Sequence record: MZ475891.1
Reading direction: 5' to 3' (one strand)
Length of the DNA: 64,000 nt
How positions within the stretch are numbered: position 1 is the first letter of the stretch; each line of letters begins with the position of its first letter. The translations under genes and the position numbers were made by a program. Under the pieces are notes generated by a model, which was not told the DNA's origin, searched no databases, and saw only the letters and a program-made list of their open reading frames with translations. This document shows positions 8,133-16,990 of the stretch, one piece after another.

Positions 8133-9971
8133 ATGATTGAAGTAAACTGTTTCGCAGATTTACGCACTACCGCTCCAGCAAAGGCTGGCGACATGGCGTT
8201 ACTGAAACGTTACTATGACAAAGACAGTTCGTTTCGTGGGGGCGGCTACTTCATCGGCTTTCCGCAGACAAAAGATCTGCCCGCAGATGATGGTGGTATC
8301 ACGGCAGTAGATGCAAACAAAAGTTTCTTCTGGAAGCGTGTCGTAAATGACCCAGAAGAGATTAATCTGTTCCACTTTGGTGGTCGCTGCGACGGTAAGA
8401 CAGATGACAGTGACGCGTTCCTGCGTAACTTCATGTGGACGTGTAAGTCTTCTGATGGCAACGACACTATTGGTGTGCGCTTCCCGACAGGCACAACGCT
8501 GATCAACCCTATCGATCTTACTCACTTGGGTGAGATACCTGTGTTCGCTATCTATGGTGACACACGTTCTGATAAGGGCTGGCGTCCTCGTGTCAAGCTG
8601 ATCAGTAACCAAGGCGAAGCTACTGTATTCAAGTTCAATGCACGCCGCACTATTGTTCGTGGTCTGAACTGGAATGGTCAGTGCTATCCTGTGAAGGACG
8701 GCAAGAAGGTAGACGTGTCCACGATCGTGGGTGCTGTCATGCCTGAGCAGCGTTCAAACAATCAGATCTTCCTTGAGAACATCTGTACGATGGGTCAGTA
8801 CATTGGCGTACAGTGCTTCCGTGCTGAGAGCAACGGCGGATCTGCATTGAAGTTCCAAGACACCATCGATACTTCTATCACAGAGATCTATGGCAGTAAA
8901 AGCTACGGTGCTGTGATTGAGGCCAAGTGGTCGAACACAGTGCAGGCAGGTTGGAACCATTCGACTGCTGTGCGCTTAGAGAACGGTAACTTCCAGTACG
9001 GCTACGGCCCCGCTGTGTTAGACATGCCGCGTATGACTCAGGCGTTCATGAAGAACGTCTGGATTGAACACACGCGCTTCCCAGGTAATATGAACGATGG
9101 TCAATGGGTGCTTGAAGGTAACTCGATTGAGAGTTCTGACAACCCACTCAATCTGGCTAACACTCGTTGCGTGATCAACGGCTACTACTTCCAAGGCGTT
9201 GGTACAATGAACTTGGAACGTGCGTCAAGCCCTGACAACTGGCTGAGTGGCTACGAGCGCGGCAACATTCGTACTGAGACGTACGGTATCATCATGACCG
9301 ATTCCTGCTTCCGCGCAGGATATTACACGGGCTATAAGATTACCAACAATACAGATCAGGACAAATGGTTCTATCTGGGTAGCTATTCATTCCCGAAAGT
9401 GAATCAAGTGTGGCAGATTGAGCTGCTGGGTACTGCACCAAACGTTGTACCGAACACGAAGCTGCAACAGCCTACGCAGATGGACGGCATGGGTCGTCGT
9501 GTTATCACAATGCAACGCTGCATCTCACCGCAGAAGAAAGTGTATGCCGATATGCACATGGAAGGAACGGACGCAATCGCCGATGTTGTGTACCAGCGCC
9601 TGTGGGAAGACTACGGCAAGGTGTGGGTTAAGCTGAGAGCCAACAGTGGCGATACTATCTTCAACCTGACCACCACTGGTCCAACTCGTTTCGAAGCAGG
9701 TGTTTGTACATTGTTCAGCGACGGTCCAATTGAATGCGTGGATCCCGTTCTGACCGAGATGACCACCAGTGTCGAAAAGAATCAGAAGGACTATGCGCGA
9801 CCTCAGGCTCGTTTCAGTTTGCACAATGGCCTTGCAGGTGTAGGCGCAAACGAGCAGGGTCTCATCACTATTCAAACCAAAGACGCTACAGCACCGAAAG
9901 ATACCACTAAGCCTGCTGGCTATGTGAGTGTCAATATCAACGGTGTTGATCGTCTCTTGCCTTACTACTAA
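8133..9971 (+). CDS. amsF: AmsF/WceF-like exopolysaccharide-associated beta-helix protein, putative EPS depolymerase
   Basis: N-terminal ADLRTTAP...LLKRYYDKDSSFRGGG and FHFGGRCDGKTDDSDAF (tailspike/pectate-lyase-type start); C-terminal PAGYVSVNINGVDRLLPYY. Resembles Erwinia AmsF as recalled; not searched. Confidence 0.6.
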   Translation: MIEVNCFADLRTTAPAKAGDMALLKRYYDKDSSFRGGGYFIGFPQTKDLPADDGGITAVDANKSFFWKRVVNDPEEINLFHFGGRCDGKTDDSDAFLRNFMWTCKSSDGNDTIGVRFPTGTTLINPIDLTHLGEIPVFAIYGDTRSDKGWRPRVKLISNQGEATVFKFNARRTIVRGLNWNGQCYPVKDGKKVDVSTIVGAVMPEQRSNNQIFLENICTMGQYIGVQCFRAESNGGSALKFQDTIDTSITEIYGSKSYGAVIEAKWSNTVQAGWNHSTAVRLENGNFQYGYGPAVLDMPRMTQAFMKNVWIEHTRFPGNMNDGQWVLEGNSIESSDNPLNLANTRCVINGYYFQGVGTMNLERASSPDNWLSGYERGNIRTETYGIIMTDSCFRAGYYTGYKITNNTDQDKWFYLGSYSFPKVNQVWQIELLGTAPNVVPNTKLQQPTQMDGMGRRVITMQRCISPQKKVYADMHMEGTDAIADVVYQRLWEDYGKVWVKLRANSGDTIFNLTTTGPTRFEAGVCTLFSDGPIECVDPVLTEMTTSVEKNQKDYARPQARFSLHNGLAGVGANEQGLITIQTKDATAPKDTTKPAGYVSVNINGVDRLLPYY

Positions 9972-9976
9972 CAGAC

Positions 9977-9995
9977 GAGGGGCGCAATGCCCCTC
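9977..9995 (+). terminator. hairpin after the amsF-like gene
   Basis: GAGGGGC-GCAAT-GCCCCTC, no U-tract. Confidence 0.45.
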
Positions 9996-10065
9996 AACTA
10001 AGTCAAATCTCTGTACTCTCCCTAACTCAAATAAGATACGCCGCACAGCGTACTATGCACTAATA

Positions 10066-10109
10066 AGGTCAAAATGACCATTCTCTGTGATATGCGCCTA
10101 TGCTATAAT
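10066..10109 (+). promoter_or_regulatory. phage promoter, upstream-box class
   Basis: AGGTCAAAAT at 10066; CCTATGC-TATAAT with the -10 at 10104 (38 nt offset). Confidence 0.75.
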
Positions 10110-10137
10110 AGTTGCGAGCGCATTGCTCAATACAATC

Positions 10138-10151
10138 ATGCTGAGGAGCAT
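10138..10151 (+). promoter_or_regulatory. SD-in-tetraloop RBS hairpin
   Basis: ATGCT-GAGG-AGCAT before the ATG at 10156. Confidence 0.6.
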
Positions 10152-10155
10152 AACA

Positions 10156-10497
10156 ATGAACGCATCTACTTTCGATTTCTCTATCATCTGCACCGAGAGC
10201 TTCAACATTAATGAGCTGAACAAAATCGCCGTTGAGCTGAACAAGCTGATCACTAACTCGCAGATCAAAATTGAAGCCGCAGAGATTGACGATGAAGGCA
10301 CCGAGTGTATTCTTCTGGCTGTCGGTCTTGATGAAGACGGCGAAGAGACTGGCGACAACGGCTACTCGCTGCATCTGGACAACGGCGACTATCAGATCGT
10401 ATATCTCGGCGTGCCGCATCCTGACTTCGATAAGCACGAACTTGCGACCAGCGACTTTGAGTTGTTCATCAAATCAGTGAACGGCCTTGAGTTCTAA
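10156..10497 (+). CDS. small acidic hypothetical protein (113 aa)
   Basis: GAGGAG RBS, D/E-rich, first gene after a promoter. Confidence 0.8.
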   Translation: MNASTFDFSIICTESFNINELNKIAVELNKLITNSQIKIEAAEIDDEGTECILLAVGLDEDGEETGDNGYSLHLDNGDYQIVYLGVPHPDFDKHELATSDFELFIKSVNGLEF

Positions 10498-10506
10498 TCA
10501 CTAATC

Positions 10507-10550
10507 TGGCAGAAATCGCCGTTGTGTTTAGACGCTCAACGGCATACTAT
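10507..10550 (+). promoter_or_regulatory. phage promoter, upstream-box class
   Basis: TGGCAGAAAT at 10507; TACTAT at 10545 (38 nt offset); TTGTGT as -35 with a 17-nt spacer. Confidence 0.6.
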
Positions 10551-10599
10551 TATGTCTCTAGCGCAATGACGCGCTACAACAACGAAAGAGAGAAACAAC

Positions 10600-10854
10600 A
10601 TGAGCGAAGACGTTAAAGTAACAATCGATTTAGTAGCTGACTTTGTATCACGCACCGAAGTTGTGTTTGAAGACGGTCAATCATCTAATGACTGGCTCGC
10701 GCCGTATGATCTGCGCCTGAACGTAACTGAGCCTCAAGGGCCGAACGGCTACCCCGAAGTTGAAATCGTCGGCCAGCGCGATAACGTCTTGCGCTTCTTT
10801 GATGAGCAGATGCCTGACAGCGACATTACAGAAGACTCGCTTGAATCTGCATAA
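10600..10854 (+). CDS. small acidic hypothetical protein (84 aa)
   Basis: 20 D/E versus 5 K/R; sits between a promoter and a terminator. Confidence 0.8.
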   Translation: MSEDVKVTIDLVADFVSRTEVVFEDGQSSNDWLAPYDLRLNVTEPQGPNGYPEVEIVGQRDNVLRFFDEQMPDSDITEDSLESA

Positions 10855-10869
10855 GCAACAAACAACACT

Positions 10870-10891
10870 GTGGCGTTACGGCGCCACTTTT
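10870..10891 (+). terminator. intrinsic terminator
   Basis: GTGGCGT-TACG-GCGCCAC followed by TTTT. Confidence 0.75.
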
Positions 10892-10913
10892 CTATTTCTG
10901 ATCTGAGGTCAAT

Positions 10914-11453
10914 ATGAAACAAAAATTCTTATTCTTGCGCATGAGCCGACACGAGCTGAATCAGCATTTGTTTTTACTTCGTGGCATGAGCCGTGAGCGT
11001 CTTGAATCATTTACTGGCATTATCGCCGTTGTCAAAGACGATACGACGATGGCGAACATCGATGATACTGACCTGTATTATTTCAGCGAAGTAACAGCCG
11101 AAGAGACAACATCAGAGACGCAACAAACCTGGTGGAACCTGATTCATTACTACGACAATCAGATTGCTATCGGCTCACTCCCACGTATAGAGCCGCTTCT
11201 GCCTGACGATTTAGTTGAGCGCATCAAAACAACTCGCAGCAATCGCTTCTACTACGAGTTCGATACGCAAATGCCAGAAGTGTTGGCCACTGTTGATCTT
11301 GACCTACACTTCTTACCGTCTGCCGCTCAGCCTCGTGTGAAGAAGCCTAAAGAAGAACAGCCAGAAGTTAATCCCCTGGCCGCATACACAGTCGAACAAC
11401 TGTGTGCCGAACTGCGTACTCGCCTGAGTGCAAAAATCACTATCGAATTTTAA
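10914..11453 (+). CDS. hypothetical protein (179 aa)
   Basis: GAGG RBS; C-terminal LAAYTVEQLCAELRTR helix. Confidence 0.75.
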   Translation: MKQKFLFLRMSRHELNQHLFLLRGMSRERLESFTGIIAVVKDDTTMANIDDTDLYYFSEVTAEETTSETQQTWWNLIHYYDNQIAIGSLPRIEPLLPDDLVERIKTTRSNRFYYEFDTQMPEVLATVDLDLHFLPSAAQPRVKKPKEEQPEVNPLAAYTVEQLCAELRTRLSAKITIEF

Positions 11454-11470
11454 TCAACTAGCACAGGGAC

Positions 11471-12100
11471 GTGCCTCTAACTGAGATCAAAACTATGTTC
11501 ACCAAAGCATTCTTCTTCAAAACTAACTACTCTGTATTGGCCGAAGGTGAGTTCGCTCTGCCTGTTGACTCACTGACCTCTCTTGTCAATTCGCGCATTT
11601 TTATCTGCATCACAGAAGACAACCTGCGCTTCGCACTGACCAACATCACTGTGCAGCCGATTCGCAATGGCTTCTTGCGCGTCGGCTTCGAGCCGAAGAC
11701 TGACGTGAATGCAATCACTACTCCAATCATCACGCCTAAAACTATGTGGAGCGAATATGATTTTGATGCGTGCAGTGTCGAAAACATTCCGTCATTCAAT
11801 ATCAGTACGCATGAAGACAAGAACAACGAACAACTGATTGCGCTGTCTTATGACCTGCGTATGGCTCTCATGCATTATCGTGAAGGCATGTACTGCGTGA
11901 CCGACATCGTTTTGCGTCTGCATGAACACGGCATTTTCGTTGTAGATATTGATCAGAATCTCAAGGTTGCTCTCTCGCCTATCGCCGTGCTTAGCGAACG
12001 ACCTACACATGCGATTAGTCTGAGCAAAGACAACGGTGTGCTGTCTCGCATTGATGACTTCGAACTGCCTGATCTCGCCAAACTGATCGTCCTACTGTAA
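11471..12100 (+). CDS. hypothetical protein
   Basis: long ORF filling the gap; exact start uncertain (GTG at 11471 or a downstream ATG). Confidence 0.7.
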   Translation: MPLTEIKTMFTKAFFFKTNYSVLAEGEFALPVDSLTSLVNSRIFICITEDNLRFALTNITVQPIRNGFLRVGFEPKTDVNAITTPIITPKTMWSEYDFDACSVENIPSFNISTHEDKNNEQLIALSYDLRMALMHYREGMYCVTDIVLRLHEHGIFVVDIDQNLKVALSPIAVLSERPTHAISLSKDNGVLSRIDDFELPDLAKLIVLL

Positions 12101-12112
12101 ACAAACAACTCT

Positions 12113-12136
12113 AGCCTCGCATCGTGCGGGGCTTTC
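12113..12136 (+). terminator. putative terminator
   Basis: AGCCTCGCA-TCG-TGCGGGGCT followed by TTC. Confidence 0.6.
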
Positions 12137-12152
12137 TGCTTTGGAGAACACC

Positions 12153-12413
12153 ATGTATCAATATGACCGCGATGAATTGAATGACCTGCCGCTTGACGTG
12201 CTGCATAGCGAAGCTGAAAAGCGTGGCTTGCTCGCTGACCTGGACGACGATGATGATTGTCCTGACCGTGCAGTGCTGGTGGGCATGATTATTGATGACC
12301 AGAACGAACGCAACGCCGAAGATGAAGAGGAAGGGCAGCGCCGTCAGATGCAAGACGAAGCTGACGATCATCGTCGCATGTTAGACGAACGCGACGGCTC
12401 AGACGACTGCTAA
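12153..12413 (+). CDS. small acidic protein with HeH/Rho-N-like motif (86 aa)
   Basis: GGAG RBS; LNDLPLDVLHSEAEKRGL...DRAVLVGMII. Confidence 0.75.
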   Translation: MYQYDRDELNDLPLDVLHSEAEKRGLLADLDDDDDCPDRAVLVGMIIDDQNERNAEDEEEGQRRQMQDEADDHRRMLDERDGSDDC

Positions 12414-12414
12414 C

Positions 12415-12753
12415 ATGCTATACTCTGGGCAGCAATACGATACACTCAGTCCTGACCAGTTGAATGAGTGTTTCAATCTGATTGAAAGTTGCATGGTGGC
12501 CTCTGGCTGTCGTGGCTTTCAAATAGTGTTATCACCATCTGGTCATGGCGATTGTCGTAGCGTCGTCCACATTCAGCACCCACAGTATGCAGGTCACATT
12601 GAGTTCCCCTCAGTTGACCGTGATACTTTTCGTGTGACTCTCGTCGCAACACGCGGTTGCTATGACAGCCGCACAGTGTTCGTACCAAATTCAGATACAG
12701 CCTATTCAGTGATAGGTCTGTATCTCTCAAACTTTATAGGGGCTACAAAATGA
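12415..12753 (+). CDS. hypothetical protein (112 aa)
   Basis: tight packing with neighbours. Confidence 0.7.
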   Translation: MLYSGQQYDTLSPDQLNECFNLIESCMVASGCRGFQIVLSPSGHGDCRSVVHIQHPQYAGHIEFPSVDRDTFRVTLVATRGCYDSRTVFVPNSDTAYSVIGLYLSNFIGATK

Positions 12754-13094
12754 AACGCCGCGTTATTCGTATCGATCAGTCAGAGTTCAACGGTGAAGCG
12801 CTTGTCTTCCCACCATCATTCAACATCACCGGCATTGACGTTGTGGTGCTTGTGACCGTGACGCACGAAGATTTCGGTGGCTTGAAGTTTCAAGATACCT
12901 ATCGTGTGAACGAACTACGTGTAAGCGAACATACAAATCCCCTGCGTCAGGAGATTGAGATCGTAGAGTACAGCAAACTGCCGAACGATGAAGCAATCTT
13001 CACACGACTACTCGACGTTGATTACTTCGACGACGACATTGCAGAGCGTGACCTGCGTCTGTACGATGCACCGACCACAATCGTCACTGCGTAA
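12750..13094 (+). CDS. hypothetical acidic protein (114 aa)
   Basis: ATGA overlap with the previous gene. Confidence 0.75.
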   Translation: MKRRVIRIDQSEFNGEALVFPPSFNITGIDVVVLVTVTHEDFGGLKFQDTYRVNELRVSEHTNPLRQEIEIVEYSKLPNDEAIFTRLLDVDYFDDDIAERDLRLYDAPTTIVTA

Positions 13095-13177
13095 TAATCT
13101 TTAGGGCTGCCATCTTGGTGGCCCTTTTTGTTTTCTGTAAACTACACGCACAATCCCAACAATGCGAGAACGCACAG

Positions 13178-13552
13178 ATGCCAAAGCGCCGCTTTTATTT
13201 GATGTTCTTTATCAGTCAGGCAGAACTCGACGCCAAGACTTTCTATCAACACAACATGCGCATCCTGACAACGATACGCCGCACACGCTGCATCTTTCTT
13301 GTGGTGCGAGAGACTGGTGAAGTCTATGTCCCAGGCAGCGCCGTGTATCAGTCTGCAATCGAAGAAGATCTAACGCAGATGGTCTTTGATGATCTGCACA
13401 AGGTCACCGAGTCTGTGAATGCCGTTGAGTCATTCGCTCAGGCTATCGCAGTAAACAAAAACGATAAGACAGTTCGCTACTGTGGTCGCAATCCAGAAGT
13501 GAGTGTCGTCTTCTTTGATCGCATGTTCACGAAAGTGGAGGTTCATCTATGA
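13178..13552 (+). CDS. hypothetical protein
   Basis: ORF overlapping the next gene by ATGA; start uncertain. Confidence 0.65.
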   Translation: MPKRRFYLMFFISQAELDAKTFYQHNMRILTTIRRTRCIFLVVRETGEVYVPGSAVYQSAIEEDLTQMVFDDLHKVTESVNAVESFAQAIAVNKNDKTVRYCGRNPEVSVVFFDRMFTKVEVHL

Positions 13553-13824
13553 GTTACGATCCACCAAAGCCAACTACGTCTCTTGGCGCTTCCCTTGCTT
13601 CACGTTGTGCGCACTCCACCCGAGAGAAAGCAAACAAGACGCGCAAGAAATACCCCGCGACAAAGACTGTGGTTGCTACACTGACCGCACCTATGCACGC
13701 CGCTGTGCAACGTCTGGCCAACAAACGCAATGTGTCTATTCAGCGTTGCTTAGTCAACATGCTCGAAACTGAGTTGGCGAAAGAGGGTATCACTTACGCT
13801 AAAGAACAGGACGAAGACGAATGA
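13549..13824 (+). CDS. ribbon-helix-helix-like DNA-binding protein
   Basis: GGAGG RBS; TVVATLTAPMHAAVQRLANKRNVSIQRCLVNML fits a strand-helix-helix pattern. Confidence 0.55.
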   Translation: MSYDPPKPTTSLGASLASRCAHSTREKANKTRKKYPATKTVVATLTAPMHAAVQRLANKRNVSIQRCLVNMLETELAKEGITYAKEQDEDE

Positions 13825-14456
13825 AACGTTTAGGTACAGTCATGGCGTTAGGTCTAAAAGACAAAGCGCCAAAGAATACTGACCTCGACATTACGCCTGT
13901 ATCGAAAGATGAAGAATGGGGCTCTTTGAGTCCCTTTCACTTAGGTCCGTGTCGAAGCGCAGATGGTATTATGTTCTACAACTTCGAAAACCTCTGGCAG
14001 TATAGCAAAGTCTACGAAGAACATTTGGAGAACACAAACCTCATCCTCTCAGGCGAGATAAGCGCTGATTGGTATCAGTGGCATCTTAAAGGTGCAAGAT
14101 CAAAACAGGCGCATCGCTATCCTATGGGAAAAGGCCAGAAGGCTTTATTCTCCAAATGGGGCGACTTGCGCCTTTCGTACATTCCCGCACGTAAACAGAT
14201 TTATGTTCCAGGCTACGCCGAGCTACTTCTGCCTCAAAAGAAATTCAAACAACTCCTCAAGCAATACAAGGCCGGCGCCAACATAATCGTCAGGGACTAC
14301 GACACCTACGATCTGCTGAAAGCCTATCCCAATTCTAATCGCATGTGGCTTGATGCTCTTAACAACCCAAACGCCAAGTTCGGTCACAGTTTCGTGATCG
14401 CTCTTGCTCTCATACTGCACGACAGGCCTCTATGGTACAATCAATGGGTGATATAA
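13821..14456 (+). CDS. NADAR-like protein (putative ADP-ribosyl hydrolase)
   Basis: LSPFHLGP...DGIMFYNFENLWQYSK resembles the NADAR LSNF...dG..f...E..yQ..K motif; also YIPARKQIY and GHSFVI. Confidence 0.5.
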   Translation: MKRLGTVMALGLKDKAPKNTDLDITPVSKDEEWGSLSPFHLGPCRSADGIMFYNFENLWQYSKVYEEHLENTNLILSGEISADWYQWHLKGARSKQAHRYPMGKGQKALFSKWGDLRLSYIPARKQIYVPGYAELLLPQKKFKQLLKQYKAGANIIVRDYDTYDLLKAYPNSNRMWLDALNNPNAKFGHSFVIALALILHDRPLWYNQWVI

Positions 14457-14755
14457 TCTACGAATGGGTCCACGACCTTGGAGGTAACGAAAGTCAGAAT
14501 CTGCCTATCTTGCCTCCAGACATTTATGCGTATGTGCGTGATTCCGTCACTGGCGCACGTACCCCAATCAACTTTGAAGGCCGCACCGAGTTACAGCGTC
14601 AAGACAAGAAAGTCATAGGCGTTGTCTACTGGTCTAATCGAGCTAATCTGATTTCATGGACGGGTGTAGAGCGCTTTCGTTTTACGCTGTATGTATTACG
14701 CGCCGCACGTAAGTCAAATGAACAACACGAGGAAGCTCAAGTCTGCACTAATTAG
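14432..14755 (+). CDS. hypothetical protein
   Basis: fills the gap up to the next promoter; start uncertain. Confidence 0.6.
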   Translation: MVQSMGDIIYEWVHDLGGNESQNLPILPPDIYAYVRDSVTGARTPINFEGRTELQRQDKKVIGVVYWSNRANLISWTGVERFRFTLYVLRAARKSNEQHEEAQVCTN

Positions 14756-14797
14756 GCTGAAATAGTCATCGCGCATAGTACGCTCCTGTGCTATACT
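14754..14797 (+). promoter_or_regulatory. phage promoter, upstream-box class
   Basis: AGGCTGAAAT at 14754; CCTGTGC-TATACT with the -10 at 14792 (38 nt offset). Confidence 0.65.
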
Positions 14798-14825
14798 TAT
14801 AGACGAAGCAACACATAATCTATTC

Positions 14826-14839
14826 ACGCTAAGGAGCGT
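14826..14839 (+). promoter_or_regulatory. SD-in-tetraloop RBS hairpin
   Basis: ACGCT-AAGG-AGCGT before the ATG at 14843. Confidence 0.6.
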
Positions 14840-14842
14840 ACT

Positions 14843-15274
14843 ATGACTATCAACAAGTTTGACTTTCAAACACTGACTACTCCAGAACAATGGTCTTCCG
14901 CTGCTTGGGGTTTCTATCGTGACTTCGCAGATCGTTTACGCGATGTTATCGGCCGCGATGATCTTTTCTTCGACATTGAAGTTGACGGTGGCAGCGATAG
15001 TGACCAAGTTGCCGAAGAGATGGTCGATGATGGTGTGATTCATTTACTCATCTCGTATAAAAACGAAGATGAAGATTTCATTAACGCCAAAGGCGTCTGG
15101 CTGTTCCAAGTCACTTACCCGACAGAAAGTGATATTGACGGTGAGTGGTCTAACCGCTTCGTGGTCGATGTGCAGACCGTTGATATGGAAATTTTAGAGC
15201 TGGTGGATTTTGATAACGGCCATCCACGTTTGCTTGAAGATATTGCAGCGCGTGTTAATCACTGGTTAGTGTAA
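14843..15274 (+). CDS. acidic hypothetical protein (143 aa)
   Basis: AAGGAG RBS, D/E-rich, first gene after a promoter. Confidence 0.8.
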   Translation: MTINKFDFQTLTTPEQWSSAAWGFYRDFADRLRDVIGRDDLFFDIEVDGGSDSDQVAEEMVDDGVIHLLISYKNEDEDFINAKGVWLFQVTYPTESDIDGEWSNRFVVDVQTVDMEILELVDFDNGHPRLLEDIAARVNHWLV

Positions 15275-15322
15275 TTGCTTGCGGGTCTTTTACGAAGGGC
15301 CCGTCGTCAACAACACAAACCC

Positions 15323-15336
15323 GTTCTGAGGAGAAC
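15323..15336 (+). promoter_or_regulatory. SD-in-tetraloop RBS hairpin
   Basis: GTTCT-GAGG-AGAAC before the ATG at 15340. Confidence 0.6.
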
Positions 15337-15339
15337 AAC

Positions 15340-15609
15340 ATGAGTAAATTTTCAGAAGCATCACCTGAAGTACAGAAAGCACTATTGGCGACTGCCATTA
15401 TCTCTGTAATGCCTGATGCATGTAAAGGCATGAGCATGAAAAAGAAGCAGCGCTACGCCGCTTTCGTTTTTGACCAGATTGGGATGACTGAAGAAGATCT
15501 AGGCAACCTAATCGACCAGAGCCTTAACCCTGCTGCTATTGAGGCTGCGGCTATTGTTGATGCCCAAGAAGCTGCTTTGCATACTTCTCAAAATAAATTT
15601 GACGCATAA
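15340..15609 (+). CDS. hypothetical protein (89 aa)
   Basis: GAGGAG RBS. Confidence 0.75.
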   Translation: MSKFSEASPEVQKALLATAIISVMPDACKGMSMKKKQRYAAFVFDQIGMTEEDLGNLIDQSLNPAAIEAAAIVDAQEAALHTSQNKFDA

Positions 15610-15619
15610 GGGGCTTAAC

Positions 15620-15937
15620 ATGTCATCATCTACTGAACTGCAATTCATCTTCCCAGAGTCAACCACTCTTATCGTTACTGTGGGCAACGGCATCGTCCCA
15701 GAGTATATGGGCATCCCTGCTAATCAAGAAACCCAGATGACGGGTGAGACTGCATTCAACTTTATGCAGAACTCTAACATCGTGGGCGTTATGAATCGTT
15801 TTGATCAGTCGCTCCTCAACCTGCTTATTGATCGCCATGAGCAGAACGAAGAAGATGAGAGTGCGCTGCGTCAAGCACACATGCAGAAACACACAAAGAA
15901 CTCTGGTGTGTATCTGATCATCAAACATCACCGCTAA
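15620..15937 (+). CDS. hypothetical protein (105 aa)
   Basis: ATG 10 nt after the previous stop, with AGGGG RBS. Confidence 0.7.
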   Translation: MSSSTELQFIFPESTTLIVTVGNGIVPEYMGIPANQETQMTGETAFNFMQNSNIVGVMNRFDQSLLNLLIDRHEQNEEDESALRQAHMQKHTKNSGVYLIIKHHR

Positions 15938-15983
15938 GATTTGTGAAGGGCATTCGTATGAGTGCTCTTTGAAAATCAACCCT

Positions 15984-15997
15984 GTTCTGAGGAGAAC
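15984..15997 (+). promoter_or_regulatory. SD-in-tetraloop RBS hairpin
   Basis: GTTCT-GAGG-AGAAC before the ATG at 16001; near-duplicate of 15318-15342. Confidence 0.6.
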
Positions 15998-16000
15998 AAT

Positions 16001-16411
16001 ATGAAACATGCACAACCCGGCTCTGTATACACCCTGCGTGAAATGCTGACTGAACTGAGTCTGCGCGACACGCCGAATCTTGGCTTCACTCCTGTTTCTG
16101 TGCGTTATCCAGAAACGAAGGAGATTCGCCAGCAGACGGTTCAGGATTCGCATCTGACCGAAGAAGAAATGCTCGCTCTTCCAGGCTGGGCAGAAACAAA
16201 GTGGCGCTACATTCGTGAAACCCACGAGTGGATCCCTGTGTTCGTCGCTGTTGGCAGTGCAGAGATTGAAGCGCTGTGTGTTATTGAACCCTACACGGAC
16301 CGCTACTTCCGTAATGAGGGTATCATGCACGTTTACCCTAAGGGCACTGAGCGCTCGCAGCATAAAGCGTATGACCCAGAAACGCACGGCACACTGGTTA
16401 AAGTGGCCTAA
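16001..16411 (+). CDS. hypothetical protein (136 aa)
   Basis: GAGGAG RBS. Confidence 0.75.
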   Translation: MKHAQPGSVYTLREMLTELSLRDTPNLGFTPVSVRYPETKEIRQQTVQDSHLTEEEMLALPGWAETKWRYIRETHEWIPVFVAVGSAEIEALCVIEPYTDRYFRNEGIMHVYPKGTERSQHKAYDPETHGTLVKVA

Positions 16412-16425
16412 GCACAAACTACCTC

Positions 16426-16449
16426 AAGCGGCTTACGGGCCGCTTTTCT
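16426..16449 (+). terminator. intrinsic terminator
   Basis: AAGCGGCT-TACG-GGCCGCTT followed by TTCTT. Confidence 0.75.
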
Positions 16450-16468
16450 TAAACATCAGGAGTCTATC

Positions 16469-16990
16469 ATGAAAACCACCGACGTAGTTCATATCGCTCA
16501 TCACCTCATGACCCATCTCGCATCGGCTCGTCTCATCAGTGCATTGACTTTCATCGGTCAGGACGCTGTGCGTTTCAAAGTTGGTTCGCAGACGTTTGAC
16601 GTTCGTGGGCGCCACCCAAGCTTCATCGTCCATCAAGTTGAAGGTGGCTGCTTGTGTGCAGACGCAGACTCTGCGGAAATTGAAGCGCAGTTGAACGGTG
16701 ACCCAATATCGAGTATGCGTGATCAACTGCCGCATCCTGAGAACGTGCAATCTGCTATCATCGATCACGTCAACTCCATGCCAGACAAAGACGTGCAGAA
16801 CTTTAGTGAACATCAGGGCGGCCCAGACATGGACACGATGTTTGAGCAGCGTCTGTGGTTGAAGAACTGGTTGATTAGTCGTTCAATCGTACTCGCCGAC
16901 ATGCTCGACATTGTTGCGTTTCTTGAAGGCACTGAGCGCCGTAACTCACTGGCTATGGCAATTGAACTCAACAAAGGGAAACGCGCATGA
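16469..16990 (+). CDS. hypothetical protein (173 aa)
   Basis: AGGAG RBS. Confidence 0.75.
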   Translation: MKTTDVVHIAHHLMTHLASARLISALTFIGQDAVRFKVGSQTFDVRGRHPSFIVHQVEGGCLCADADSAEIEAQLNGDPISSMRDQLPHPENVQSAIIDHVNSMPDKDVQNFSEHQGGPDMDTMFEQRLWLKNWLISRSIVLADMLDIVAFLEGTERRNSLAMAIELNKGKRA

